A stretch of DNA of 27,098 nt from a virus (lineage: Duplodnaviria; Caudoviricetes), in IMG/VR virus record IMGVR_UViG_3300008113_007930, positions 1-27,098 of that record. One strand, written 5' to 3'. Both the position numbers and the translations under genes were made by a program. Shown one piece after another: positions 26,819-27,098 of this stretch (its first letter is position 1; every line of letters begins with the position of its first letter). Below the pieces are notes generated by a model. That model made no database searches. It saw nothing but the letters and a program-made list of their open reading frames with translations, and was not told the DNA's origin.

Positions 26819-27098
26819 ATGCCAAACTGGAAAAAAGTCATAGTATCAGGCTCGAGTGCTGCCTTAACCTCAGTAACTGCAACCGCAGGATTTACAGGAT
26901 CTTTATTAGGTAACGCATCAACAGCTACCTCAGCATCATTTGCTACTTCTTCATCATTTGCTCAATTTGCAGCAACCCCAACCGTTCAGGGTGTTCAAGG
27001 TATAACCGGTACGCAAGGCACTGTCGGCGCCCAGGGAACGGTCGGCACACAAGGTACGACAGGTGCTCAGGGAACAACTGGTACGCAAGGAGTTACTG
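26819..27098 (+). CDS. Collagen-repeat tail-fibre-like protein, 3'-truncated by window edge (absent from ORF track)
   Basis: ATG 26819 after AAGGA. Translates as MPNWKKVIVSGSSAALTSVTATAGFTGSLLGNASTATSASFA...QGVQGITGTQGTVGAQG..., open to the window end. Confidence 0.85.
   Translation, partial: MPNWKKVIVSGSSAALTSVTATAGFTGSLLGNASTATSASFATSSSFAQFAATPTVQGVQGITGTQGTVGAQGTVGTQGTTGAQGTTGTQGVT
26990..27098 (+). repeat. Collagen-like (Gly-X-Y)n coding repeat
   Basis: GVQ GIT GTQ GTV GAQ GTV GTQ GTT GAQ GTT GTQ GVT: 12 triplets with an 18-nt higher-order period. Confidence 0.9.

Noticed and set aside
1-27098. Stop-codon reassignment (seen in some large phages)
   Set aside because: Core genes are full-length under code 11, and TGA ends genes at 8785 and 21503. 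No called gene ends in TAG, but none needs TAG read-through either, so there is no positive evidence.
1-27098. CRISPR array, DGR template/variable repeat, or invertible segment
   Set aside because: I saw no regularly spaced repeats, no reverse transcriptase or recombinase and no long duplicated segment by eye. A self dot-plot would be needed to exclude them formally.

Overview
This AT-rich window is the core of a large T4-like (myovirus-type, probably jumbo) phage genome, and every credible gene lies on the + strand. It opens with the 3' part of a DnaG-type primase and a single-chain Mre11/SbcD-Rad50/SbcC fusion. Next come putative virion proteins and a frame-broken cytidylyltransferase-like/ligase-like gene. 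The head module follows: terminase large subunit, gp20-like portal, acidic core proteins, gp21-like protease, a phage-encoded ribosomal protein bS21, scaffold and gp23-like major capsid protein. PhoH, gp13/gp14/gp15-like neck proteins and tail-fibre-like genes come last, ending in a collagen-repeat ORF cut by the window edge. The most interesting signals are regulatory. (i) An ATATTTATW motif, whose core is the reverse complement of the T4 late promoter, precedes 10 genes. (ii) A second promoter class, TTTGGAT-N17-TATAATA, occurs twice, once ahead of the bS21 unit. (iii) Start codons shift from mostly SD-less to mostly SD-bearing around bS21. (iv) Two 5' leaders look structured, notably a three-way-junction RNA ahead of the collagen fibre gene. 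A Bacteroidota host is inferred, not shown. All calls come from motif recognition by eye; no database searches were run.
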